A stretch of 55,502 nt of DNA from an uncultured Desulfobacterales bacterium. GTDB taxonomy: Bacteria > Desulfobacterota > DSM-4660 > Desulfatiglandales > HGW-15. The translations under genes and the position numbers were made by a program. The stretch covers positions 1 through 55,502 of the forward strand of contig CAYPSZ010000374.1 of the NCBI GenBank assembly GCA_964413125.1, read 5' to 3'. Positions 25,496 to 34,594 of the stretch are shown here, piece by piece (the stretch's first letter is position 1; every line of letters starts with the position of its first letter). Under the pieces are notes generated by a model that saw only the letters and a list, made by a program, of their open reading frames with translations, had not been told where the DNA came from and made no database searches.

Positions 25496-26581
25496 ATGGT
25501 ATTAGGGATTTCACAGACCCGCCCTGAACAGATCGGGGTCTCGGACGGGGCGGGAAGAGCCGACCGCCGGCTCGCACCTGGAGACACATTCCGTGGAACG
25601 GTTCTTGAGGCTCGGGCCGGGGGCGGAATCCTCCTTATGGCCCGAGGGTCGAAGATCCCTGCGTACACTGCTCGGCCGCTTGTTGAGGGGCGAAACTACC
25701 TCTTCCGGGTGCAAGCATCCGGAGAACGACTCATATTGAGGGTAATGGACACGGGACATGCAAAACGGTCCTCCGCCATCCGGCTCTGGGCTTCGGGAAA
25801 ACATGCGAGGGCCCAACTGGGCGGCATACTGGAAACACTGTCTCTTAGAGCGGAAGACCCCGATCTCAGCAGGGCTGTTCGAGATGCTCTTATCCGGCTG
25901 AGGGAAAGAATGCCGGGCATGGTGTACCGCCTGCCAAATGATGAGGGTATGAGGTGGCTGGCGAACCAGTTAAGAGACTCCGGCCTATTCCTGGAAAACA
26001 GGTTGGCTCAGGCCCTCCTGCAAGGCGGGAGAGCGGATCTGAGAACCCTGGGGGCCTCGGACCTCAAAGGCATGTTATATAACGTAAGGGCGGCGTTGGG
26101 CCAAGGACTTAGTATGGATTCCACGGCGGCCGACCTGGCTAATCAGGTGGGAAGAGCGCTTCAGCTCATCCAGCAGGACCAGTTGCTCAGTTTCAGCTCC
26201 TGGAAAGAAGGGCTTGGCTGGTTCTGGTTTATTCCAGGGCATCCCGATGAAGGGTTTAGAGGGGGAGAGCTCTTCATCCAGAAACACGACCCGGGCGATG
26301 AAGCGTTCTTCCTGTCTCTCTCCCTTGATTTCTCACTCCTGGGCCGCATGGATGTGGCCCTGTCTCTGAACCGGTCACTCATAAACCTCCGTATCCTTAC
26401 GGAAGGTAGGGAAACGGAGAACCTGGTCAACAATCATCTATGTGAGCTTCGCGAACATTTTTTGAAAGCCGGCCTGGAACCGGGAGCCATGAGCTGCCGC
26501 CGAAGAAGCAATGAGGACTCTATCTTATCGCCTTTTCTTGAAGCGCCTGCCATTTCGAGCGCCGTTGATCTGGTTACTTGA
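25496..26581 (+). CDS. Second FliK-like (Flg_hook C-terminal-like) protein
   Basis: 361 aa. The C-terminal third, GGELFIQKHDPGDEAFFLSLSLDFSLLGRMDVALSLNRSLINLRILTEGRETENLVNNHLCELREHFLKAGLE, follows the FliK C-terminal pattern. Its stop overlaps the next gene's start. Confidence 0.5.
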   Translation: MVLGISQTRPEQIGVSDGAGRADRRLAPGDTFRGTVLEARAGGGILLMARGSKIPAYTARPLVEGRNYLFRVQASGERLILRVMDTGHAKRSSAIRLWASGKHARAQLGGILETLSLRAEDPDLSRAVRDALIRLRERMPGMVYRLPNDEGMRWLANQLRDSGLFLENRLAQALLQGGRADLRTLGASDLKGMLYNVRAALGQGLSMDSTAADLANQVGRALQLIQQDQLLSFSSWKEGLGWFWFIPGHPDEGFRGGELFIQKHDPGDEAFFLSLSLDFSLLGRMDVALSLNRSLINLRILTEGRETENLVNNHLCELREHFLKAGLEPGAMSCRRRSNEDSILSPFLEAPAISSAVDLVT

Positions 26582-26856
26582 TGCTTGAGAAGCTTAGAAA
26601 AGCCGTAGCTCTGAAATACGAGCCCGGCAAAGACAAGGCCCCCCGTGTCACCGCCAAGGGCAAAGGGCTGCTTGCGGAGCGGATCATCAAGATCGCACGG
26701 GAACAAGGGATCCCCGTCAGTGAGGACCCTGATATCGTGGGAGCCCTGATCCAGCTCGATTTTGATGAGGAAATACCCACGGAACTTTACAAGGCCGTGG
26801 CGGAGATCCTTGCCTTTGCCTACCGATTGAATCGCTTGAAAGGAAGCAGTGGATGA
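26581..26856 (+). CDS. Stand-alone FlhB C-terminal-domain homologue (YlqH / EscU-YscU-HrcU family fragment-like protein)
   Basis: 91 aa. KAVALKYEPGKDKAPRVTAKGKGLLAERIIKIAREQGIPVSEDPDIVGAL...ELYKAVAEILAFAY aligns by eye to the flhB region LAIALRYDPAKNRAPVVTAKGAHRIAARIREIALENNVPIVEN...ETYQAVAEILAYVY. Confidence 0.85.
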   Translation: MLEKLRKAVALKYEPGKDKAPRVTAKGKGLLAERIIKIAREQGIPVSEDPDIVGALIQLDFDEEIPTELYKAVAEILAFAYRLNRLKGSSG

Positions 26857-26912
26857 TTTTCCCTGTTGACGGAAAGAGAAGCAATAAAGCCCGCCGGCCA
26901 TCCCGGCAAAAA

Positions 26913-26951
26913 TTTCCCTTCCCGGGAAAAGCGATTCCATCCCCTGCCCCC
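26913..26951 (+). promoter_or_regulatory. C-rich boxes and TTCCCGGGAA palindrome upstream of the flgF sigma54 promoter (candidate activator sites)
   Basis: TTTCCCTTCCCGGGAA is followed by ATTCCATCCCCTGCCCCC. The latter closely resembles fliK-upstream box 1 (TTTCCTTCCCCATGCCCC). The region lies 100-140 nt upstream of the -24 element. Confidence 0.35.
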
Positions 26952-27053
26952 CTCGCCGCCTTCTTCTTCTCGCCGGACAAAACTTTAACTGATACCGCTA
27001 GTTATTTGAGTAAGTTATATGTCCAGCGCCATTCCATCATTGAGCCATGAACC

Positions 27054-27069
27054 TGGTATGGTAATTGCA
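27054..27069 (+). promoter_or_regulatory. sigma54 promoter upstream of flgF
   Basis: Reads TGGTAT-GGTAA-TTGCA with correct spacing, 45 nt upstream of the flgF ATG. Confidence 0.6.
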
Positions 27070-27113
27070 TTTACAACCAGACCGAACGTCTTGGTTCTTG
27101 AAGGGAGGAAACC

Positions 27114-27854
27114 ATGTTTCAAGGTATGATCAATCCGGTAAGGGGCCTGCTCAGGGAACAGATGCGCATGGACGTGATCTCAAGCAACCTCGCCAACGCA
27201 TCCACCCACGGCTTCAAGAAGACCCGTATCGCTTTCCAGGATTTACTGGAGGCCGAGAGACCGGATCAGGAAATCCCCGGGGGACGTGCTGCAACCGGAA
27301 CCTCAAGCCTGGTCAGGACCATGGTGGATTTTTCACCCGGCGACTTCAAGACCACCGGCAACACCCTGGATTTGGCACTTCATGGAGAGGGGTTTTTCAA
27401 GGTGATGTCGCCCGACGGGGTCCAGTATACTCGAAAAGGCAATTTTTCCCTGGACGCTCAAGGCTTTATGGTCACACAAAACGGGAACATGGTACTCGGA
27501 CAGGGGGGGCCGATCCAGGTCCAGGGAAAGGACATTCAGGTAAACGGAGCGGGCGAGGTCACGGCCGACGGCAACATTGCAGGCACCCTGGCCCTGGCGT
27601 CCTTTGAAGACAATCAGGTTCTCCTGCCCGTCGGCAGGGCCATGTTCGCAAACCTCTCGGACGAGCCGGAAATCCCGGCGCCGTTTGCAACCACCATAAA
27701 ACAGGGCTGCCTTGAGTTGCCTAACGTGGATGTGGCTGAAGAGATGGTCTCCATGGTCCACTGCATGCGGGCCTTTGAGAGTTATCAAAAGGCTATTCAG
27801 ATCCTTGACGACATAAACCGGCGCGCCATAAACGAGGCGAGTCGGCTCCGTTAG
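27114..27854 (+). CDS. flgF: Flagellar basal-body rod protein FlgF
   Basis: 246 aa with SSNLANASTHGFKK at the N-terminus and the C-terminal rod motif LPNVDVAEEMVSMVHCMRAFESYQK. Confidence 0.92.
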   Translation: MFQGMINPVRGLLREQMRMDVISSNLANASTHGFKKTRIAFQDLLEAERPDQEIPGGRAATGTSSLVRTMVDFSPGDFKTTGNTLDLALHGEGFFKVMSPDGVQYTRKGNFSLDAQGFMVTQNGNMVLGQGGPIQVQGKDIQVNGAGEVTADGNIAGTLALASFEDNQVLLPVGRAMFANLSDEPEIPAPFATTIKQGCLELPNVDVAEEMVSMVHCMRAFESYQKAIQILDDINRRAINEASRLR

Positions 27855-27875
27855 GAGGGAAGGAGGAACAGGGCA

Positions 27876-28658
27876 ATGATAAGAAGTCTTTGGACATCCG
27901 CCTCGGGAATGTCGGCTCAGAAGCTCAACATGGATGTCATAGCAAATAACCTGGCAAATGTGAATACAGCGGGCTTCAAGAAAAGCCGGGCGGATTTTGT
28001 GGATCTGCTATACCAGAACCTCAGATCCCCGGGAGCCGCCACCGCGGCAGGCGGCGAGGTACCCACAGGCATTCAGGTGGGAATGGGTACCAAGCCGGTC
28101 TCCGTACAGAAGATCCTGAGCCAAGGGGACTACGTTCAGACCCAGAACCAGTTGGATTTCGCCATCGAGGGCAAGGGTTTCTTCAAGATACTGAGCAACG
28201 GCGAGGAACTGTATATGAGAGCCGGAGCGTTCAAGATGGACTCCGAAGGCTATATCGTCACCTCAGAGGGCGATCGATTACAGCCGGAATTTTCCATTCC
28301 CGCCGAGACCGTCAACTTTACCGTTGATCCGGGGGGCAATATGTTCGCCCTGGGGCCCGACGGCACTGAGCTGGCCGGCGCCCAGCTCACTCTCCACAGT
28401 TTTCCGAACCCCGCAGGTCTTCTGAGCGTGGGCGGAAACCGTTTCCAGCCCTCGAATGCGTCGGGTGACCCCGTGGAGGCGAATCCGGGTGTTGATGGAA
28501 TGGGAACCTTGTCCCAGGGCTATATCGAGATGTCCAATGTGGACGTAGTTGAGGAGATGGTCAACATGATAGTAGGCCAGCGGGCTTACGAGGTGGCCTC
28601 CAAGTCCATAAGGGCTGCAGACGAAATGCTTCAGATGGCAAACAACATTAAGAGATAA
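27876..28658 (+). CDS. flgG: Flagellar distal rod protein FlgG
   Basis: 260 aa. Starts MIRSLWTSASGMSAQKLNMDVIANNLANVNTAGFKK and ends in SNVDVVEEMVNMIVGQRAYEVASKSI. Confidence 0.96.
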   Translation: MIRSLWTSASGMSAQKLNMDVIANNLANVNTAGFKKSRADFVDLLYQNLRSPGAATAAGGEVPTGIQVGMGTKPVSVQKILSQGDYVQTQNQLDFAIEGKGFFKILSNGEELYMRAGAFKMDSEGYIVTSEGDRLQPEFSIPAETVNFTVDPGGNMFALGPDGTELAGAQLTLHSFPNPAGLLSVGGNRFQPSNASGDPVEANPGVDGMGTLSQGYIEMSNVDVVEEMVNMIVGQRAYEVASKSIRAADEMLQMANNIKR

Positions 28659-28668
28659 AGGGTAAGCC

Positions 28669-29670
28669 ATGAAGAGCACAGGGACATTGAAGACTCCCCG
28701 TATTATCATTCTGGTGGCGGCCTTTGTGGCGACCATACTTGTTGCGACGGCGGTAAGGGCCGCCCCGGGCGCTCTGATAATTCGGATCGCAGAGGAAGCC
28801 ACAGTAACCGGAGATGTGGTGACACTGGGCCAGATCGCGTCGTTTCACCCTGACTTGGATCCACGGGTTGAGTCCCTGAAGGAGGTAGAGGTGTCCGCGG
28901 CCCCTGCACCGGGCAACTCGCACCGGCTCAACAGCCGCTTCCTGCAATACAAAGTGGGCTCGGTCATTAAAGACCAAGGAGAAGTTATCACTCTGGAAGC
29001 CCCCGGCAGCCTTGTGATACACCGCACCGCTCAGACTGTGACATCATCACGAATGGAAGATATTTTCCGCGACCACATTCTGAAGGCCGCACCCTGGTCG
29101 GAAGACGAGATGACCATGGAATCGATCCGTGTCCCGGGAGACCTTGACCTTCCCGAAGGGGCTCTTCACTGGGACATTCGGGAGAACGGCAACACGGATT
29201 ACCTCGGAAACATTTCCGCCACCCTGACATTCAATGTGGACGGCCGCATGATTCGAAGGGTTCCTTTATCCTGCCGCATCCTCATTACTCGGGAAGTAGT
29301 TCGCGCAGCAAGAAACATTCAGAGGGGAACCGTCATACTGACCGAGGATCTGGAAATGATCCAAGAGACCACCATGCGCCGCCAAGGCGACGCACTGGTA
29401 CAAAAAGAAGAGGCCGTTGGTAAGCAAACCTCCAGGAGCATTCGAGCCGGCACCACCCTCACTGCGGCCATGGTCCAGGAACCGCCTGTTGTGGAGCGTG
29501 GGAATACGGTAATAATACTGGCAGAAAATGACTTCTTAAAAATCACAACCCGCGGTGAAGCCCTGGAGAACGGCCGGATGGGGGAAAGCGTCAGAGTCAA
29601 GAACCTCCAAAGTGGAAAAGAATTTTCTTCCATCGTCACCGGACCGGGATGGGTGGCGGTGCAATTCTAG
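28669..29670 (+). CDS. flgA: P-ring assembly chaperone FlgA
   Basis: 333 aa with a signal peptide. A SAF-like domain (RNIQRGTVILTEDL) and C-terminal VKNLQSGKEFSSIVTGPGWVAV are present. Confidence 0.88.
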   Translation: MKSTGTLKTPRIIILVAAFVATILVATAVRAAPGALIIRIAEEATVTGDVVTLGQIASFHPDLDPRVESLKEVEVSAAPAPGNSHRLNSRFLQYKVGSVIKDQGEVITLEAPGSLVIHRTAQTVTSSRMEDIFRDHILKAAPWSEDEMTMESIRVPGDLDLPEGALHWDIRENGNTDYLGNISATLTFNVDGRMIRRVPLSCRILITREVVRAARNIQRGTVILTEDLEMIQETTMRRQGDALVQKEEAVGKQTSRSIRAGTTLTAAMVQEPPVVERGNTVIILAENDFLKITTRGEALENGRMGESVRVKNLQSGKEFSSIVTGPGWVAVQF

Positions 29671-29731
29671 ATAGCGCCGGATGATCGATCAATTTCACAT
29701 AACCGCGGATCTCGGCCGTTTCATCAGGGAG

Positions 29732-30472
29732 ATGACAATGGAAATACAACGACTCGGCACCTTCATAACTCTGGCATGTGCGCTCCTTCTAGTGGGGTGC
29801 ACAGGCCTCAACTCTCAGGGCAGGGACGTTCGCGAGCCTATGGCCGCTCCACCGCAAGCCGCCCCTTCAGTTACCGCGGCGCCGATGAAGCCGCAGGACC
29901 CTGCGGCCGGGGCGAGCCTCTGGAGTGATATAGCCTATCGAAGCTCCTTTCAGGACCTTCGAGCCACCAAGATCGGAGACCTGATTACAGTCAATATTGT
30001 GGAGACATCCCAGGCAAACAAGAAGGCCGCCACCAAGACCGGTCGGGATTCTTCCATTAACGCCGGCATAACCAATCTGCTGGGATGGGAGGGAAAGATC
30101 GGCGAGCTGGGCCTTCCCTCAGGTTTTCAGAACGAAAATATGTTCAGGGCTTCCATGAAGAACGATTTCGGAGGTTCCGGCGAGACGACCCGGAACGAGT
30201 CCATGACCGCCTCCATTACGGCACGGGTCATTGAAGTCACACCCAACGGTAACCTGTTCATTAAGGGATCCCGCAAGGTCAAAGTGAACAATGAGGCCAA
30301 GTACATAATCCTGACCGGGCTCGTCCGGCCGGCGGACATCTCACCCGACAACACCGTCCTCTCAAGCTATATTGCAGAGGCTTCCATTGAATACTCGGGA
30401 AGCGGTCCGGTCAGCGACAAGCAAAGACCCGGCTGGCTCATGCGGGCCGTGGATTTCGTGTGGCCGTTCTAA
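29732..30472 (+). CDS. flgH: Flagellar L-ring lipoprotein FlgH
   Basis: Lipobox LLLVGC, then GDLITVNIVE...FGGSGETTRNESMTASITARVIEV..GNL.IKGSRKV.VN.E. The ATG at 29732 has an AGGGAG SD. The longest ORF starts at 29681. Confidence 0.92.
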   Translation: MTMEIQRLGTFITLACALLLVGCTGLNSQGRDVREPMAAPPQAAPSVTAAPMKPQDPAAGASLWSDIAYRSSFQDLRATKIGDLITVNIVETSQANKKAATKTGRDSSINAGITNLLGWEGKIGELGLPSGFQNENMFRASMKNDFGGSGETTRNESMTASITARVIEVTPNGNLFIKGSRKVKVNNEAKYIILTGLVRPADISPDNTVLSSYIAEASIEYSGSGPVSDKQRPGWLMRAVDFVWPF

Positions 30473-30485
30473 AGGAGGATAGACC

Positions 30486-31607
30486 ATGCGCGTAACCAGA
30501 ATCATTGCTTTCGTCTTTGCGGCTTCACTTATCACAAGCTTGTTGCCGGCGTTTGGATCCTCGGCGGAAGGCGCCAGGCTGAAGGACCTTGCATCCATCA
30601 AAGGCACAAGGTCGAATCAGCTCGTGGGATACGGCCTGGTTGTGGGCCTCGATGGAACGGGTGACGGGGCAGGCACTCGATTCACAGTCCAAAGTCTTGT
30701 AAACATGATGGAACGCCTCGGGATTCATGCCATCCCGGGCCAGGTGAAGGTGGCCAACGTTGCCGCGGTCATGATAACCGCGGACTTGCCTCCATTCGCC
30801 AGGGTCGGAACCCAAATAGACGTTCTGGTTTCCTCAGTGGGTGATGCAAAGAGTCTTCAAGGGGGCACTTTGCTTCTATCCCCGCTTAAGGGAGCGGACA
30901 ATAACATCTACGCACTGGCCCAGGGCCCTCTCTCACTGGGAGGCTTTTCCGCCGGAGGAGCCGCGGGAGGCGGGGTCCGGAAGAATCACCCCACTGTGGC
31001 CCGAATCCCGGGGGGCGCCACCATCGAACGCGAGATCCCTTTTCAGTTCAATACGCTGGATGAGCTGACCATAAGCCTCAATAACCCTGATTTCACTACG
31101 GCCCTTCGCATGGCGGGAGCCATCAACCGCGAGATGGGTCCGAATACGGCCATCCCCTCTGATGCGGGTACCGTAATGGTTCAGGTGCCCGAGACCTCTC
31201 GAGGGAACCTGGTCCCCCTCGTGGCGGCATTGGAACAGATCAATGTTCAGCCCGACAACAAGGCGCGCATCATCCTGGCTGAAAGAACCGGTACAGTGGT
31301 AATGGGGGACAACGTCCGCATTGCTCCCATTGCCATCGCCCACGGGAATCTTAGTGTCCAGATCAAGGAAAGAAAAGACGTAAGCCAGCCTCTCCCTTTC
31401 GCCCGTGGAGAAACCGTGGTGACGGAAGATTCCGATATCACGATTACCGAGGAAAAACAGAAACTGATGTACCTCTCGGAAGGAGCCGACCTGGGTCAGG
31501 TGGTCAATGCCCTCAATGCAATCGGCGTATCTCCGCGGGATCTTATCACGGTGCTCCAGGCGATTCGAGCAAGCGGAGCCCTTTATGCAGACCTGGAAGT
31601 TATGTGA
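30486..31607 (+). CDS. flgI: Flagellar P-ring protein FlgI
   Basis: 373 aa with a signal peptide. Motifs RLKDLASIKGTRSNQLVGYGLVVGLDGTGD and the C-terminal VNALNAIGVSPRDLITVLQAIRASGAL are present. Confidence 0.96.
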   Translation: MRVTRIIAFVFAASLITSLLPAFGSSAEGARLKDLASIKGTRSNQLVGYGLVVGLDGTGDGAGTRFTVQSLVNMMERLGIHAIPGQVKVANVAAVMITADLPPFARVGTQIDVLVSSVGDAKSLQGGTLLLSPLKGADNNIYALAQGPLSLGGFSAGGAAGGGVRKNHPTVARIPGGATIEREIPFQFNTLDELTISLNNPDFTTALRMAGAINREMGPNTAIPSDAGTVMVQVPETSRGNLVPLVAALEQINVQPDNKARIILAERTGTVVMGDNVRIAPIAIAHGNLSVQIKERKDVSQPLPFARGETVVTEDSDITITEEKQKLMYLSEGADLGQVVNALNAIGVSPRDLITVLQAIRASGALYADLEVM

Positions 31608-31631
31608 CACGAAACCTGTGAGGAGCGTTTA

Positions 31632-32402
31632 ATGATCGATAAATGCTTGGATATCAGACCTCACGCCCTTACGGTGAGTCCACAGGAAACCGCTGAACCA
31701 AAACTGCGTAAGGCCTGTGAGGACTTTGAAGCCTTGTTCACCTATCAACTGCTCCGAAGCATGCGGCGAACAGTGGAAAAGAGCGATCTGTTTCACGGTG
31801 GAGCAGGTGAAGAGATTTACGAATCCATGCTGGACCAGGAATTGTCCAAATCCACGGCGGGCAAGGCAAAGGGAGGATTGGCCGATCTGCTCTATGAACA
31901 GCTCCGGCCTCAGACCACCGCCGCCGGTGAGAACTCCGGCGAGCTTCTCCTGCCTGCGAGACCGCCTGCAAGACAGGAGCCTCCCCGGCTGCCCCTTACG
32001 GGAACGATCTCTTCCGAGTTCGGTTGGCGTATTCATCCCATAATCGGTGAAAAGAGGTTTCACAGGGGCCTCGATATCGCCGCCGAAGAAGGTTCCGTGA
32101 TTCGGGCCTCCATATCAGGCAGGGTGATAGCCAGCGAATACCAGGAGGATTACGGCAATGTGGTCGTGGTGGAACACGGACGCGGATACACCACGCTCTA
32201 CGCACATAACCAAAGCAACCTGGTCCGTAAGGGGGAATGGATCGAGGCCGGCGCCCCATTGGCCCTTGTGGGGTCCTCAGGCAGGAGCACCGGGCCTCAC
32301 CTCCATTTTGAGGTCAAAAGACACGGCAAGAACATGGATCCGGCGGAATTCCTGGGTATAAGAACCGGGACAAATTCGGTCCTGGCCGGAAAGCGCATTT
32401 GA
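31632..32402 (+). CDS. flgJ: FlgJ-like rod-binding domain fused to an M23 (LytM) metallopeptidase domain
   Basis: N-terminal Rod_binding motif ACEDFEALFTYQLLRSMRRT...GGLADLLYEQL. C-terminal M23 motifs are HRGLDIAA (HxxxD) and GPHLHFEV (HxH). Confidence 0.85.
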   Translation: MIDKCLDIRPHALTVSPQETAEPKLRKACEDFEALFTYQLLRSMRRTVEKSDLFHGGAGEEIYESMLDQELSKSTAGKAKGGLADLLYEQLRPQTTAAGENSGELLLPARPPARQEPPRLPLTGTISSEFGWRIHPIIGEKRFHRGLDIAAEEGSVIRASISGRVIASEYQEDYGNVVVVEHGRGYTTLYAHNQSNLVRKGEWIEAGAPLALVGSSGRSTGPHLHFEVKRHGKNMDPAEFLGIRTGTNSVLAGKRI

Positions 32403-32446
32403 GAATTCTCTATGTAAAGCCGATACCTAAATTGGAAAGGGGTAAC

Positions 32447-32851
32447 ATGGAAGACATTGCTCCGGTTCCAAACGACCTGGAACCCACAAAGATCTCCCTG
32501 CTGGAGGACCTTTTGAAATGCCTGGACAAGGAACGTGCAAGCCTCCTTGAAATGCGGGTTTCGGAACTCTGGGCGGTGATGGAAGAGAAAAAGGCCATAT
32601 TGGAGGCCATCCGGAAACTGCCGGCACCGGGACCTTCGAGCCACCCCTCACTCAGGATGGATCTGGATCGCCTCATGGAGGAAATCCGCCGGCGAGCCCG
32701 GGAGAATAAGGATTTCGCAGACAGTTCCCTGGCAGTGTTTGACGAACTCATCTCCATAATGGCAGGCAAGGTAAGGGACCAACAGACTTACGGGCCTCCC
32801 GGAACCGGTAACCGCCCCCAGAGGAGCCCTGTATATCGTAGAAAGGCGTAA
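32447..32851 (+). CDS. flgN: FlgN-like export chaperone (tentative)
   Basis: 134 aa and helical, with LLEDLLKCLDKERASLLEMRVSELWAVMEEKKAIL resembling FlgN. It lies directly upstream of flgK-flgL. The ATG at 32447 has a GGAAAGGGG SD. Confidence 0.55.
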   Translation: MEDIAPVPNDLEPTKISLLEDLLKCLDKERASLLEMRVSELWAVMEEKKAILEAIRKLPAPGPSSHPSLRMDLDRLMEEIRRRARENKDFADSSLAVFDELISIMAGKVRDQQTYGPPGTGNRPQRSPVYRRKA

Positions 32852-32855
32852 TGCC

Positions 32856-34583
32856 ATGGCAGGAATAGGACTCATACTCAACACTGCAAAAGAAGGCCTT
32901 CTGATCCAGCAGTATGCAATGAACGTGACAGGCCACAACATAGCCAACGTAAGCACAGAAGGATTCTCCAGGCAGACCCCGGTCATCGGGGCCAAGACCC
33001 CCGGGCAGTATGGCGGCTTGATATTCGGAAGGGGTGCCGAGCTTCAGGAAATCAAGCGGGAAACGGATACGTTTGTTGAGACGAGCCTTCGAAATCGGAA
33101 TTCCGACCATTCATCCATGACCGAAAAAGAGATTTATCTGAGTGTGCTGGAGGGGGTGTTCAACGAGAACTCCGGCAGGAGTATCAACTCACAGTTCGAT
33201 GCTTTCTGGGGAGCTTGGCACGATCTTTCCAACAACCCCTCGGGCTCGGCTGAAAGAACCGTTCTTTTTGAGTCCGGGGTGCTCATTTCCCAATCCTTTC
33301 AGGACATCCGCAATGACCTGGATAGATTCGACCTTGAGCTTAGCCTTTCTCTGGAGGCGGGGGTCCAGGAGATCAATCAGATAACCTCCCAGATCGCCGG
33401 GCTCAATGAAGAGATCGTCAGGATGGAAGGCACGGGAAATGCCAATGACCTTCGAGACCGGCGTGACATGCTGATCCGGGGCCTTTCAGAGTACATGGAC
33501 ATCAAAGTATTCGAGGACGGCAAAGGGGTCTTCACGGTAACCACCGGCAAAGGTTACACCCTGGTAAGCAAGACCGACTCCTACGACCTGTCTTTTGAAA
33601 GCAATCAGGTCCAATGGCAGGGTTCCGGCGGCAACGTGGATATAACGGGCGCCATAACCAGCGGCAAAATAGGAGGGTGGATCGAGATCAGGGATGAAAT
33701 AATCCCCAAATACACAGAAGAGCTGAACGAACTGGCAAACGCTCTGATTTGGGAGGTGAACAACATCCACAGCCAGGGAGTGGGACTCAAGGGGATGTCC
33801 GAGGTCACCGGGACCTATGCCGTGTCGGATTCAAACGAGGCGCTGTCCTCCGAAGACTCGGGGCTAAGCTTTCACGCGCGGGTTTCGGCATCGGACAAGG
33901 AATTCTACATCCACGTTTACGACTCGAGCTGCCAATTGGAGAGCAGCACGGAGATCTCCATTAAAGGCGACACCACGCTTGAAAGCCTGATCAGCGATTT
34001 AACCGGCGTGGCCAATCTCAACGCCGATAAATCAGGGGGGAAACTCACCATCACCGCGGACAGCGGTTACACCTTTGCCTTCTCCGATGACACCAGCGGC
34101 GTCCTGGCGGCCCTGGGTATCAATACCTTTTTTGACGGGACCGAAGCTCGGGACATCAAGATGAACGACCTTCTAATAAAGGACAAGGACTTGATCGCTG
34201 CAGGCCGCGTCGTATCCGCAAACGGAGCGTTTTACGCCGGGGATAACTCCAACGCCCTTGAACTTGCCTCTCTCAGGGATGAGAAAATAACCCTTAACAG
34301 ATACGCCTATGACGGCGAGCCCACGTCCGGGGTGGATACTTTTCAGGGTTATTACACCTATCTGGTGGGATCCATAGGGATCAAAAGCGCCAGCGTACGA
34401 CGCGAGAAGGAGTATGCAGAAGTGATCGTGAATCAGCTCACGGAAAAGCGAAACAACCTCTCGGCAGTGTCCCTGGATGAGGAGATGACCAACCTGATCA
34501 GATACCGGCACGCATACGCAGCCGCGGCCAAACTGATCTCCACCGGGGATGAGATGCTACAGACCCTTCTAGCCATGAAATAG
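32856..34583 (+). CDS. flgK: Hook-filament junction protein FlgK (HAP1)
   Basis: 575 aa. N-terminus GLLIQQYAMNVTGHNIANVSTEGFSRQ and C-terminus SLDEEMTNLIRYRHAYAAAAKLISTGDEML. Confidence 0.95.
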   Translation: MAGIGLILNTAKEGLLIQQYAMNVTGHNIANVSTEGFSRQTPVIGAKTPGQYGGLIFGRGAELQEIKRETDTFVETSLRNRNSDHSSMTEKEIYLSVLEGVFNENSGRSINSQFDAFWGAWHDLSNNPSGSAERTVLFESGVLISQSFQDIRNDLDRFDLELSLSLEAGVQEINQITSQIAGLNEEIVRMEGTGNANDLRDRRDMLIRGLSEYMDIKVFEDGKGVFTVTTGKGYTLVSKTDSYDLSFESNQVQWQGSGGNVDITGAITSGKIGGWIEIRDEIIPKYTEELNELANALIWEVNNIHSQGVGLKGMSEVTGTYAVSDSNEALSSEDSGLSFHARVSASDKEFYIHVYDSSCQLESSTEISIKGDTTLESLISDLTGVANLNADKSGGKLTITADSGYTFAFSDDTSGVLAALGINTFFDGTEARDIKMNDLLIKDKDLIAAGRVVSANGAFYAGDNSNALELASLRDEKITLNRYAYDGEPTSGVDTFQGYYTYLVGSIGIKSASVRREKEYAEVIVNQLTEKRNNLSAVSLDEEMTNLIRYRHAYAAAAKLISTGDEMLQTLLAMK

Positions 34584-34594
34584 GAAAAAATGCG

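Noticed and set aside
34023-34030. Perfect sigma28 -10 octamer GCCGATAA inside flgK.
   Set aside because: There is no TAAA-type -35 at the required 11-nt spacing, and the location is intragenic.
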